DNA of 64,000 nucleotides from Cyanophora paradoxa CCMP329 (taxonomy: Eukaryota > Plantae > Glaucophyta): contig QPMI01000066.1 of the NCBI GenBank assembly GCA_004431415.1, forward strand, positions 434,001 through 498,000, read 5' to 3'. A program made the position numbers and the translations under genes. Within the stretch, counting starts at the first letter, position 1; the number at the start of each line of letters is the position of its first letter. The notes under the pieces are model-generated. The model did not search any database. It had not been told where the DNA came from and saw only the letters and a list, made by a program, of their open reading frames with translations. Shown in pieces: positions 1 to 13,000 of the stretch.

Positions 1-676
1 CCCATTTCTTCGGCTGCAGCTGAAACTATCGAGAAGTCCGAAAGCCTCGCGTTGCGCTCAATGTAAGCCGCCGCCGCTCCAACTCCGGGCTCCCAACTGC
101 GATCAAATATAAATTCGAGGAACTGGCCCGGCGGCGAATAAGAGCGCTGCGCATGCATATGCAGATGCATATGCGCATGCACACACCCGTATTCGAGGCA
201 TACGCGGCAGAATGCAAGGGCGCTCGGAACATCTTGCATTACCTCTGCGGTTGACTGCCCGTACAGAGAGCGCAAGAAGGCCTCGAGCTCGAAGAGCTCC
301 GGATCCCCCCCGCAAGCTGTCGGCTCCCCAATCTCGAGCACCTTCGCGGATGCGCGACGAGAGCGTTATAATTACACACCGCGCCACCTCTAGATCTGTT
401 TTCGCGCGCGCCCGCGCGCGCGGGCACCTGCGGGCTCCCGATGCGGAGCGGGGCGCGGCGTGCAGCTGACGAATTCGAACTCCATCGCTCGGAAAGGAGA
501 GCATCAAAGAAAGAAGCTTGCCGCAGATACTGCAAAAGGCTTTGATCTTGATCTCACGTGAACTTCGGAAATTAAAGCGCAACGCGCACATCCGAATCGA
601 CGAAGAAGCTTCTTTTGTGGCCGCGGATGACGAGCTCGACGTCCGCGTAGCGCACGACGTCAAAGTGCCGATCCAT
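1..676 (-). CDS. BTB/POZ-domain protein, 5' part (runs off the left edge)
   Basis: Spliced reading from ATG 676: MDRHFDVVRYADVELVIRGHKRSFFVDSD | YLRQASFFDALLSERWSS...SPQ | VLEIGEPTACGGDPELFELEAFLRSLYG. This matches the BTB pattern (DV.LV.....F.V....L...S.FF.AL...W ... F..LL..LY). Junctions are GT-AG, phase 0. Confidence 0.75.
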
Positions 677-1025
677 CGAATTTGCGGTTCCAACTCTTTT
701 CATTCTTCTAGCTAGGTTCTCTCCTTCGAACTTCGGAAATTCTCTCTCGCCCCCTTCTTCTCCTCCTTCCCCCCTCCTTCTTCTCCCCTCTCTCTCTCCC
801 CCTCCCTTACCCTCCCTTCTTCTCCCAGCTCCTCAGGCCTGCGGCCCCCAAGAATACTATGATACCTCCTTAAATGTGACGTTAGCAGACCAGGCCGCGA
901 CCTTGACACGGCGTTCAGGGCCTCTGTAGCTCCGGAAAAGACTTCTCGATTGAACCATTTGATAATAAAACCAATAATTACATGCCCATGCCATATGCAT
1001 GCGCTGTGCTGAACTAAAGCTAGCC

Positions 1026-4000
1026 TCACGTGTCGGAGGCCCGGCAGGGGAGGTCGGTGAGGAGGGTGCGGCACCACCAGCGGCCCAGGCCGGCCTCCCT
1101 CAGCATGACGATCGTGAAGCGCGGGCGCAGGTTCGCCTCGGGGTAGTGCGGGGTGAAGAAGAACTTGTGCACGTCCACGCTTTGCCTGCCGTTAAAGCGT
1201 TCGAAACAGCTTTAACGAAGGAGCTTAAGCTTCAGGCGGCGCACGGCCTGTCGAGGGCGGGCGACTTGGCTCGGAACTGGTACAGGTTGATCACCACCTT
1301 CTCCGTCCCTTCGCCGTGCCGCATTCAAGGACTTACGATACAGAAAAGAAGGAAAGGAGCGAGAGGGGGCGCACCCGGGGTGACGAGGTCGTTGTACTTG
1401 AAGACCCAGCGGACGGGCAGCTGCTGAAACTGGCACCTGCCGGGCAGGGGCCGTCAGCACTCGGATCGCCACTCTCTGTCCTCTTGTTCGAGATCGCAGC
1501 TTATATTATTTAAGCTCATGGTTCGCGGCTCAAGCTTATAAGCTTGTTCTCTCTTTCATCGCAAGCTTATAAGCTTGTTCTCTCTTTCATCTCAAGCTTA
1601 TAAGCGTGTTCGATTTCAGAGGGGGCGCACTTGTAGACGAGGTAGCCGCACTCCTCCTGCGTCAGGAACGTGTTGCACGCCTCGTAGCAGTACGGGTTCT
1701 CCCTGTAGGTAATCATAAATTATAAGACGTTATTGTAAGGGTGCTCCGATCAGAGACAGGAAGGGTTATGCAATGTGAGGAAGGGTCTTGAGAGCGAGAA
1801 GGCGATGCTATCGTCAGCGTGCCGCAGTGCGGCGGGCGCTGCGCATTATACGGATCCGACGGCTTCTTGTATTATGCTTGTATGCCTTAGCGGTTGCGCA
1901 TCGACGTCGTTGCCAGCGGCGGGCGCGGCGCTGGCGCCAGCGGCAGCGCACGGCTTCTTCTTGTGTTTATAAATTATAACGGACGGATTGAACGGCTTCT
2001 TCTTGTGTTTATAAATTATAAGACGTTATTGTAGATCAGAGACAGAAGGCGATGTAATTCCAGCGGCGAGAGCAGAACCGCACCGGATCTCGAAGCCGCC
2101 GATGAGGACGTTGTCGTCGCTGACGTTGCTCGGGGGCTGGAACCCCTCGTGCACCGAGATCTGGGTCTGCGCGGGCGGGCACGTGCACGTTCAGAGCAGA
2201 TGGGGTCGGGGCTGTCATCGATATCGGGCCGCTCTTTCGTGCTTAGATCTTGAAGCCTAGCTAGACTCTAAGAGCCGGGGACTAGTATCGGCATCGGGCC
2301 GCGCACGTAGTTCGGCGTCCACAGAGACTAGCTTCGGACTTGGGTTAGAGACCATGCTCAGATTAAAGGCCCTGGTTCCAGCTCCAGACATTTTAGGGGC
2401 GGGGGGCGCACGTAGTTGGGCGTCCACATCATGTGGCAGGTGACGTTGGCGAGGCGCGGGGAGAGCGGCTTGTACTCCGTCCCGTTCCAGAACTGCGCGG
2501 AAACGAGCGAAATTGAAGCTCTTCAAGCGCGGGCACTAGCGGGGGGAAGCCGAAGAGTTCGATTCGCAAACTAGCTATAGATGCCTTAAAAGAAGCGGAC
2601 CTTGTTGTGGGAGCCGACGCGGAAGCGCTGGATGAAGTCTTTCCCCAGCACGTAAGGCTGAGATTAAATATTTAAGATTACAATGATGCGGCGTCGAGCA
2701 ACGGCGAGCAGGCGGGCCGGGCCGGGCGGGCCTGGACGGCGATCTGGAAGTTGGTGTTCTCCTGGTAGCCCCACCGCCCGAACTCGAAGTCGAGCTCCCG
2801 GAACGCGAACGGCCGCGCCGCTGCGGGAGGCGGCGGCGGCAGCGTCGGTCGAGGCCGCCGTGCAGGGCGGAGCGCTTGGGCCGGACCGGTGTAGCCGAAG
2901 TCGTAGGTGAAGAGGCCGAGGATGGCGTAGTTGTCCAGCTCCTCCACCTGCCCCGTGGAGGAATGGGAAGAGCGCAGATGGCGTGAGGCGAAGGGCGCAG
3001 GTAGGGCCGAGGGGCCCGAGGCGGGAGTAAGGGGATCTAGTTTGAATCCGGGGAGGACCGGGGCAGGCGGTGTCAAGGTCTCGATCCCGAGCGAGATCTA
3101 GCCTGAAGGGGAAGGCCGGGGCCGGCGGGGGCGAGGGCGGACCGAGTTCTTGCCGACGCCGGAGATCCAGAAGGTGTAGTTGCCGTACCCGAGCGGCTCG
3201 TGCGAGACGATCTCGGAGGAGTACCACTGCACCCGGTTCGTCCCATCCGCCTGCAGGAAGGAAGGAACCTTCTAGAACTGCTGCCGAGGGCGGGCGCCGG
3301 CGTGCGGGCGGGCGCGCCTGGGTCTTGTTAATGTTGAGGTGGAGCACGTCCTTTCCGTCGTCCGACACGTACAGGATCGGCTTCCTGCCAGCGCGCGGGC
3401 AGGCGGGCGCGTCTCAGAATTACATAACAGGCGGGGCGGCGTGGGCGTGGGGCGCGCTTGTTGTAGAAGAAGGCGGGCCCCGGGAGCTCCAGCTGCCGGC
3501 GGCAGACGGGGCGGGCGGGCGGGCCTCAGACAGACAGACAGACAGAAGAGAAGAGACAGAGACAGACAGACAGAAGACGGACCTTGTCGACGGAGAGCTT
3601 GGGGATCCAGAGGGTGTCGGCCCAGTGGAGGGCCCCGGGCTCCCGCCCCGCCTGCGCGCCCCCGATCATGATCAGCTAACATCACGAGCTTCCAACTTTT
3701 CCAACACATTTAGAGCTCTCTCCAAATTAAATGAGACCCTTTATGAACCATCTAGAGCGAAACCCTCAAGAAGGCCGGACCTTTACACCATCTCGAATTT
3801 ATATCGCGAATTTATGCACAGTCTAGAACGAAGGCCTCTAGCTACAGAAGGCCGGACCTTGACGTTGCAGAGGGCGTCGGCGGCGACGCGGTCGGGGAGC
3901 ACGCCGAACTCCGCCATGATCGCCACCTGGGGGGGGGGCGGGCGGAAGTTGGGCGAAGGGAGGCTGAGCGGAAGGGAGGGAAGGAGAGAGGGGCGGGGGC

Positions 4001-7000
4001 CCCGGGCGAGAGCCAAGCGTGGGGAGGGGGGCGAGGGCGGAGGCGGAAGGAGGCTGAGCGGGGGGGATGGGGGATGGGGGGAGGGGGGAGGGCGAAGGCT
4101 GAGGCTCGGGGAGGGCGGGGGGTACCTTGTCGTAGTCGGCGGGGTACACGAAGGCGGCGATGATCGCGGCGCTCTGCTCCGGGCTGTCCTTGGCCACCTG
4201 GCGCCGGCCCGCGGAGGGAGGGAGGGAGGGGGCGTCAGACTGCGCCGAACGCACACGCATCTTGCTGGCTAGAGCGTCGCGTCTGGGCCGAAATCTGGGC
4301 CGAATTCAGGAGCAGACATCTGGCCGACCTGGTACAGGCTTGCCAGCTCGAACGAGCCGTCCTGCGTGGACGGGCGGACGGGCAGCCAGTCAGCCTCGGG
4401 CAGAGCCTCTTCGCTTTAGGCAACGCCGGGCCGCGCTTTCCTCTCTATTGCTTTCCATGTGCGGGGCGGGGCGGGGGGGACCTGGGCGAGGATCATGGAG
4501 GGCTCCTCGAGGGTCGGCCGGGACGCCCACAGGTTGTCAATGAAGAAGTAGAACGCGATCTGCTAAAAGAATCAACACGATGAAAAGATATAGAAGCTAA
4601 AGATATATAGAAGAAGTAGAACGCGATCTGATGGGAGCTTAAGCTTAAGAAGCTTAAGCTCAAGCTTGAGAGGCTGTAAGCTTGAGGGTCAGGGCGCGAG
4701 CCTGGTAGGAGCGGGAGGCGTTGAGGCCGTGCACGCGCCCCGCGACGAGGCCCTGCGTCCCGTAGGGGGGGTACACCTCGAACTCGATCCGGCACGTCTC
4801 GTTGGGCTGGGGGCGCGGGACGGGGAGGCGCGAGCGGGTTCTGTCAGAAACGACGCGAGACGAGTGGGCGGGGCCCCGGGGCTGAGCGCGCGCCTTGACG
4901 TATGGAGCCGTGGAGAAGAAGGCAGAGGCGGGAGGGGTACCGGCGCCGGCGGCGCCCGGGTCGAGTTCGAGGACGTCGGCGGGCGTGGGCCAGGCGGCCG
5001 CCCCCGAGCTCCTGCCGGGCGTTAGGCAGGGAGGGAGGGGGGTACAGGAGAGAACTGGGGGTACGCGCACAGGAGGGTCTCGTTGGAGGTGGTCGGGGGG
5101 GTAACGGGCGCCGTATCGTTGAGGACGGGGGCGGAGGGGTACGGGGAGTCGTTGTCCGAGTAGTAGACGGCGGTGCGCTGCGGGGGGGTACGACGTTCGA
5201 CGCGAGAGAGAGAGGGCTTCGGGGGGTACGACGCGGACCTGGTCGTAGGGGGCGACGCTCGGCTCCGGAGGGAAGGGGTACAGGAACGCGAGGTGCACGA
5301 TGGGGACCTGCGAGAAAAGAGTTCGAGGGGGGTACGTGGTACAAGGTGTGTGCGTGTGAGGGGTACGACGCACGCCGCAGACGCGGGAGGGGCGGGCCTC
5401 GAGGGCGGCAGCGCCGCGCCCGGCGGGAAGCGCGAAGGTCACCGGCACCGGCATCTGAACGGGCATTAGCGACCCCTTCCCTCCCTCTCTGCTTCAAGGG
5501 GGTACAGAACAGAACAAGCGGACCAGGGGCACGGAGTTGCACTTGAGCTCCCAGCGGAGGAGGCGGGGGGCGCCCTCGGGCCAGCGGGCCCAGGCCATGG
5601 CCCCCGCCCACAGCTCCCGCAGCGCCGTTTCGGACGCCTGCCGCGTGGCCGCCCGGGCTCGGCTCGGCCCTCCGCGGGCGGATAGAGGGAGGGGCGCCGC
5701 AGAGAAGCTACGCGGACCGACCAGCGGCGGTTCTAAAAGCGCGGCGGCAAGCGCCCTAGCAGAACAGCATGTGAACAGCTTAGGAGCTTAAGACAGCTTA
5801 AGAACACAGTAGCTAAGGGCGGCTTTACGAAGTCGATATCGATGGGCGAGCCGGACGTCAACAACGGAGCCTAGCGGGCCTCGGGCCCCGCCCGGCGGCG
5901 CCCCGGGCAGGGAGATCTAGGCGCACGAGGGGCGAGGTGGCATCGAAGTTGAGGACGAGGGCGGAGGCGCGCCGCGCCCGCGAGACCGTCGCCTCCACCA
6001 GCGCGCTCGCCGCCTGGGCCCGCCCCCGCCGCACCAGCAGCCTCAGACGCAAAGAAAGGGGCGGAATCTCTAGAAAAGAAGGCTGGCGGGGGGAGGTTAG
6101 GGGCCGCGCGGCAGAGGTTAGGGGCCGCGCGGCCGAAAGGATAGAGCAAGCAAGCGAGCTCTAGAACAGAGGGCTCGCGGGGCGGGGCGGAGCTGGGCGG
6201 GGCGGGGCGGGGGCAGGGCGGGGCGGGGCGGGGGCAGGGCGAGGTGGGGGAGGAATCGCTAGAACAGAGGGCCGGCGGGGCGGGGCGGGGCGGGGCGGGG
6301 GCTCTGCACCCCCACGCCGGTGTTGAGGGCGGCCTCGCCGCTGGCGGCGATCGCGAAAGACCGCACGCGCCGCTCCCCGGAGCCCGCGTCGGGCGCCCTG
6401 CGCGATGAAACGATGTTAATAAAGGAGAAGGAGGGGATTGGGAAAGAAAGAAGATCAAGGTTAATTTGTTTGGTCGAGGCGATGAAATAGTGAGGGCGCA
6501 GGAAAGAACGAAAGAAAGAGGGCGCTCGAGGCTCTCTTTCCCAGCTTATAGTTAGCAGGAGAAGGAGGGGATAAGGAAAGGAAGAAGAGATTAGGAAAGA
6601 AAGAAGATCAAGGTTAATTTGTTTGGTCAAGGCCCTCTTTGTTTCTGGCTCCTCTTAGCGGCAGTAAGGCTCCCTGAGTCTACACCACATCGAGCGGCGC
6701 ACGTTGTGTAGGACGGCGCCCGGGGCGGCGGGGAGGAGATCGAGGCGGGAGCCCGGGGGGAAATAGATTCTTATCTAAAAATCCGTATATAGTTTCTTTT
6801 AGCAATATTTCTAGCTAAGATATCGGGCGGCGCACGTTGTGTAGAAGGGGAGCTCGGGCCCGGGCGCAGCGCCCGGGGCGGCGGGGAGGAGATCGAGGCG
6901 GGAGCCCGGGGGGAAATAGATTCTTATCTAAAAATCCGTATATAGTTTCTTTTAGCAATATTTCTAGCTAAGATATCGGGCGGCGCACGTTGTGTAGAAG

Positions 7001-10000
7001 GGGAGCTCGGGCCCGGGCGCAGCGCCCGGGGCGGCGGGGAGGAGATCGAGGCGGGAGCCCGGCGGGAGATCCCCGAAGGCCGGGTGCGGCACCGAGAGCA
7101 GCTGAACGAAGGGCGGCGGCGGCGGGGGGGTCAGCGAAGACTTGCGTCTTATGTCTTATGTCTTAGACTTGCGGAGGGCGCGGCGGGGGTACGGACCTGG
7201 ATGATGCTCGGGGGGGAGGAAGTGGCGTTGCGGGAGGCGGGGGAGAAGCCGAGCAGGGCCGCCACCCGGTCGTCCCTGCAGGCGGGATACAGGCTTCAGA
7301 GTCAGACGAAAGCTGCAAAGCTGGATGGATGAAGGGACGGCGCGGCGGCGGCGCGGAAGGAAGGGGTCGGGCTAGCGCTAGGGGCTCTTTCGGCCGTGGC
7401 CGCGGCCGCGGGCCCATACAAAAGAGGGGGCGGCTCGCCTGGCGCCGTCGACGAGGCAGCCAACGCAGGAGGACGTCGAGACGAGGCGTGCCCCAGGCTC
7501 CGCCCCCAGCCACCTGGAGATTCGATCCGATTAGATCCGGGGACTCGATCTGGGCGGGGGTACGGTGCGCACGCGACGAGGTTTGAGACCTCCTGGGAGG
7601 ACATCGCCAGCGTACCCGGGAAGACCAGGACCTGGGGTACGTGATCGGATGAAGCGGGGAGGAGATGAGTCAGGAGTACCGGACCTTGAAGTGCGGGGCG
7701 AGGAGGGAGGGGCCGAGGGCGGCGGGGGCCCCCTGGGTTCCATCTGCGGGAAAGTGGGGGGGGGGGGGGGGGGGGGGGGGTTGTTTGAAAACGGGGAACA
7801 TGGGGGGAAACGGGGGGGGGGGTAGAAGCGCACTGTGGGACCAGGAATCGGAAATGACGTGGAAGACGCGCCGGCCAGAGTGTGCCTTGTCGGGCTGCAG
7901 CGCCCCGGCGCGCCTGTACCCCGCCGCCTCGAGGCGGCGGGCGGCGCTCGCGACCTGCTCGAGGTGGCCGGGGTACAGGGCGGCCGTGCGGCTCGAGTTG
8001 TAGAGCAGGACGGGGGGAGGAAACGCCTCGGCGCGGGCCAGCTCCGGGGTATCGTAGCGCCAGCCGACGGTCAGGGACAGGGAGGGGGGTACCACCAGTC
8101 CCGGGGGGTGCACGGGCCGCACGCCGTACTACAGAGAAGCCTTAGAAGAAGAAAACGGAAAAGGATGCTAACATCTTACAGCACGCACGGCGAGGGTGGC
8201 CCAGGGGCGGAGGGGCGAGGAGGCGATCGGGGCGCTGCCGTTGGGGGCGGCGGCCGAGTAGACGCGGAGGCGCCAGTGGTACTGCGCGAAAGGGAGGGGG
8301 GGGGAGGCCGACGTCAGAGGGGGGAGAAGAGGGGCGGGGGCGGGCGGGCGCACCCGGCCGCCGTCGGCAGTGGAGGGGATCCCGTTGACGCCCGCATCTA
8401 TTGTGCGAGAAAGGATGCGTTGGATCAGGGGGTGATGGGGCGGGGCGGGGCGGGGCGGGGGAGGGTACCGGCGTCTCCGACGGTGACCCGCAGCGCGCAG
8501 GTCGACGCCTCCTGCGAGCGAAAGCGAACGAAGTGAGGGGTAGGGGGGAGGAAAGAGGGCAGGGAGAGGGGGGAGAAGCACCTGCACCGTGACGCCGTCC
8601 GTCGTGCAGGCGCGGTACCCCACCGGATCGATCCCCCCGCCGTTCAAGAACGGGACCTGTGTTCTATTTTAAGAGCGGGGGAAAGGGATGGGAGGGGGTA
8701 CGCGCCTCCTTGCTAGAGGGGTCGACAACAAGCATGGGAGAGGTGGTCGCCCCCACGACCTGGCGCCGGGGGGTAAGGGAAAGGCCCGTCTGAAATCGGG
8801 TCGGCGAGGAAATTTGTACCCGTTCCGTGCCCGACTGGACCAGCTCCGCGGTGATCGAGAACATGGGGGGGTACGCGAGGTCGCCGGGGGCGGTTTTCAC
8901 GCGGAGCTGCGCGGGTAAAAGAATCTATCTCATCAGCCTGGGCGAGACGCTGATCCTAAAAATAGCGCACGCTGCGGGGGGTAAACGTGGCGTAGACCGT
9001 GAGGTCGTAGTTGTTGGGGGCGACCGTCGCCGGGGCACCCGCCAGGCGCACGGCGGGGGGTAGAGCCTCCCACGCGTCCCGGGGGTACGCGTGCAGGAGC
9101 AGGGAGGCGGAGGGGGCGACCGAGCCGAGGAGGAGGACGGCGCGCGTGGCGTCACCCGCGACGCCCACGGGGTTCCAGGCGTCCATCGCCTCCTGCGAAC
9201 GAAGGTGAGGCCTCTACCCCCTATCCACATGCTCTATTTTTAGCGCAGGGCGGACGCGCCTCGACGACGGAGAAGGGGGAGAGGCCGGGCAGGACCACGA
9301 CGCTGTCGTCCGCCTGCAACGGCAGCCAGTTCCGCAGCTGGCGGGAGGGTTTGGGGGGGGTACGCAATCAGTCGAGGGGTTGGGAAGAAAAGAGAATGGG
9401 AGGTCAGGGGGTACCGCGATGAGCCACTCGCCGGGCTGCAGGACTCGGTACGCGGCGGTTACTCCGGAGGAGGAGCCGGCCACGCGCATCTGGAGGGGGT
9501 TCACGATTCGATTCGTACGAGGGGGAGAAGCGGAAGGGGGGTACGGGCGAACCCGAGGGAGGAGCTCGATGGCCGCGGATCGGAGGAGGACCCGCTCGTA
9601 CCTTCGCAGAGAAAAAGGGTTCAGAAAAAGAAACAATGGGGGAGGAGGGAGGAGGGGATTGGGGGGTACCAGGCGGTTCGGTCGGGGAAGGAGGGGCCGG
9701 AGGAAGAGGCAAAGGACAGGGCAGAGAAGAGGGCCCTCGCGCCCGACCCGTGCCGCTGCGGCGTCCGCGAGTGAGTGAGAAGGGGCCGCAAGCGCGAGAA
9801 GCGGGGCGAGGCCGGGCAGGGCTGGACTCCGGGACAAGGGCGGGCGGCGGCGTCCTAGCTTAGGGCCAACTCGAAGCCCGAAGAGCAAGCGCGGAGAACC
9901 TACGAAGGCTTCCTAGACGGGGCGCTCTAGATCGAGGGCTAGAAGCGAGCAAGGAGAACGTTCACCCGGATCGAGGCGCCGACGCCGGCGGCGGCGAAGG

Positions 10001-13000
10001 GCGGGCCGGGGTAGGCCCCGGGGGCCCCGCAGGAGGCCCGGAACGTCGAAGGGTTCACCCCCGTCGCGTTCGCTGCGGCAATTGAGGAGAGCGGGGGATA
10101 CGGGACTATACGAGGTGTACCCGGGGGAAGGGGCGCGAGAAGGAGGCTGTAGAGGGGCGCGGCGGCCGGTGTCTGCGTGCCGTTTCCGCTGCGGGCAGTG
10201 AGGGGGGTACGGAGACGCGCGAAGCGGGGTAGGGGCGCACCTGGAGTTCAGAAAGAGGATGGCGGGGACGGGGGACGCAAAATTCTCTTCGCAAGACCAG
10301 AGGCCGGAGAACGCGCCGTCGGCGTCCGGGGAGGGAATGATCTGCGGGGGGGACGAAATTACGGCGTGGCAGGCAAAGCGGAGCGAGAAGAAGAGGGGCG
10401 GACGGCGGCGGGCCGGGGTACAGTCGCGTTCGCTGAGACGTTCAGACCGAAAATCGCGCCGAATAGGGCCGTCGCGTTCGACTGCTGCGGCGAAAGGCAT
10501 CACCTGTCGACTGCGGCGAAAGAAAAGAGGAAGGGCGCGCCTGAGCCGAGGGGCCGGGGAAGGGGGGTACGCCGCCCTCGGCGTACACGTGCGTGCCGCC
10601 GTCGCGTAGAACCGTCGAATTAATGTACGCCAGGTCGGCGAGGGGTACCGAAGCGGGGCTGCGCGGGAAAAAGGATTCATGGGGGAGTGTGGGGGGGGCG
10701 GGGGGAGGGGTTCAGCTAGGGTATTAAAAAGTGCGTACCCGGCGGGGAGGACGAGGAGGGGTACGCCGCGCCAGGCCCCGGCCCGGAGCTCTTCCGAAGA
10801 GATGAGGCGGCCCTGTGCGGATGGGGGTACAGCTGAGGCTGGGAAGGGGAAGGAGTCGCGTGGGGGTAAGGGCACCTCCATCCCAAGGTGGCCCAGGGCG
10901 GCGAAGAGTCCGAGGGACTGGGAGAGAAGCCGCCCGCCCGCCGCTGGGAGGAAAGGCGTCAAAGCGCGCGTGTGTGGAGACGGGCGCGGAAAACAATGGC
11001 GGACCGAGCGCCCCGGGGGAGGGTACGAGGATCGCGAAGTCGGCCCTGCGGTCCGGCGTGAGAAACAGGGGGGTACAGGGCGAGGAGGCGAGGGGCGCGC
11101 TTGGGCGGTTCGGAGCGCGGGAGGCGCGAGGGGAGCGCCTGCTCCTCGATGCGTGCGAAAACCTGCGGGGAGGGGGGTACGTCGAACAGGAAGGGGATAC
11201 GCTGTGTTTCGCGAACCGTCGAAACGGAAGCGAGGGCGGCCTTCGGCTCGCGGCCCGCCTCCACAACGCCCATCGTCTGGGTACGGGAAGTGGTAAGCGG
11301 GCGAGAGAACGGTGTACCCCCTCACAAGAGATCCGTACCCTGCGCTCGTCGTCGAGCCACCGCCGGTCGCTCCAGTGCAGCACGTACGCCCCCGCCGCCC
11401 CCTGTACCCGGGAACGTTGGGCGGTGCTGGGGAAGAGAAGCGGGGTACAGGCGCACCCGCACGAGGGACTCGAGGACGGCTCCTAGGAGAAGGGGGCCCT
11501 GGGACGCCGCCTGCCCGCAGCAGCTGCGCCGAAAACGACATGAGGGGGGTAGAGGTCCGGGGGGAGGAAGCCGCACCCGGGGTACCCGATCTCGGAGACG
11601 AGGACGGGCAGACCCGAGGCCCATGCCGCGTGCGCGATACCCCACCGGAGAACCTGCAAGCGGGGGGGGGGGGGGGGGATGAGAATCTCCGGCTCAGGCG
11701 CTGCGTTTGCGGGTGGGGGTACACGCACCAGCCGCTCCTCGTCCGTCTGGGCGGCCGAGACGTACGACAGGGCAGTAAAGTCTGGGGGTACAGAGCGCAA
11801 GCTCGCGTGTCGGACGGGAATGGACGGGAGGGGGTACAGGGGGACGGCGCACTGAGGGCGGCGCCGCGGGCGGAGCAGGCGGCGGCGATGGCGGCGATGT
11901 CTTCCCCCCCTACCGGGGGCCGCAGGGTACCCGCCTCGTACCCGATCAGATGCCGCGTGCCTGCGAACGAAGGAGGACCTCGGAAGCGATCCGGGGGTAC
12001 AACAAACGAATCTGAATCCGATCCCGGCGGACCGTTCCGGCGGAGGGCGGCCGCGAGGTCGGCTGCGAAAGACGCGACGGACGAGGCGCGCCAGGCGCCC
12101 AAGTCCTCGCAGGCCGCGCTGCGGGGGGGGGGCGGGAGGGGCGGGCGGGCGGGCCGGAGTCACTCGCTGAACCAGCGGCTCGGTTCGGCTCGGTCGCGGG
12201 GGGCGGGGCCGGAGCGGCGCGGGGCCGGGCGGGGCGGACCTGGGTGGGTCGGAGCAGGAGGGCGGCATCGAGTCCGCGGCGGCCTCGAAGCTCGCGTGAC
12301 CCACGCCCCAGCGGGCGGCCAGGGCCGCAGGGCTGCTCTCGGGGATTAGCGTGATGTCATCAAAAAGAGGCGGGACAGGGTACGCGCCTTCCGCCGTAGC
12401 GGGCCCGGAGCCACTCGGCGAAGGCCGCCCGGGCCGCGGGCTCGTACCCCCCCGGGGCCCCCGCCCCGTAGCGGCCGCGGTACCCCAGGTGCGAGCCGAC
12501 GGCGACGGCGGCGATGGCTTCGTCGCCCCCGAAGCGCGCCGCGAAGCCTTCGGCGAAGCGGAGCGCCCGCGCCCGCGCCGCAGGGTGCTCGAAGGACGTC
12601 CGAGGGCCCACCCAGCGGCCCGCCGCCCGGCGCCCGTCGGGCCGCCCACGGACTCGGCGCCGCCGGCCGCCCCCGGCGGGTGCAGGGCGTACCAGCCCGG
12701 ATCGGGCTCGGGGCCGCCGCCGGCCGCCGCCTCCGCCCCGGGCGTCCCCGGGGCCCACTCGGGCTGCCCCCGCCCGCCCCGCCGCCACCACTCAGCGGCG
12801 GCCGGCGAGCGCGGGAGGCGCGCAGCGCAGCGCACCGGTCGGTCCACACGCAGCACGGCGATGACCCGCACGCCGTAGCGCCGCGCCGCGTCTGCGAACG
12901 AAGCTTCGAAGAAGAAGAAGAAGAAGCATAGGGGAGGCGGGCGGGCCCGGCCCGGACCGAAGAGCAGCGCGTAGTCGGAGAAGTCGAGGGACGCGTTCGC

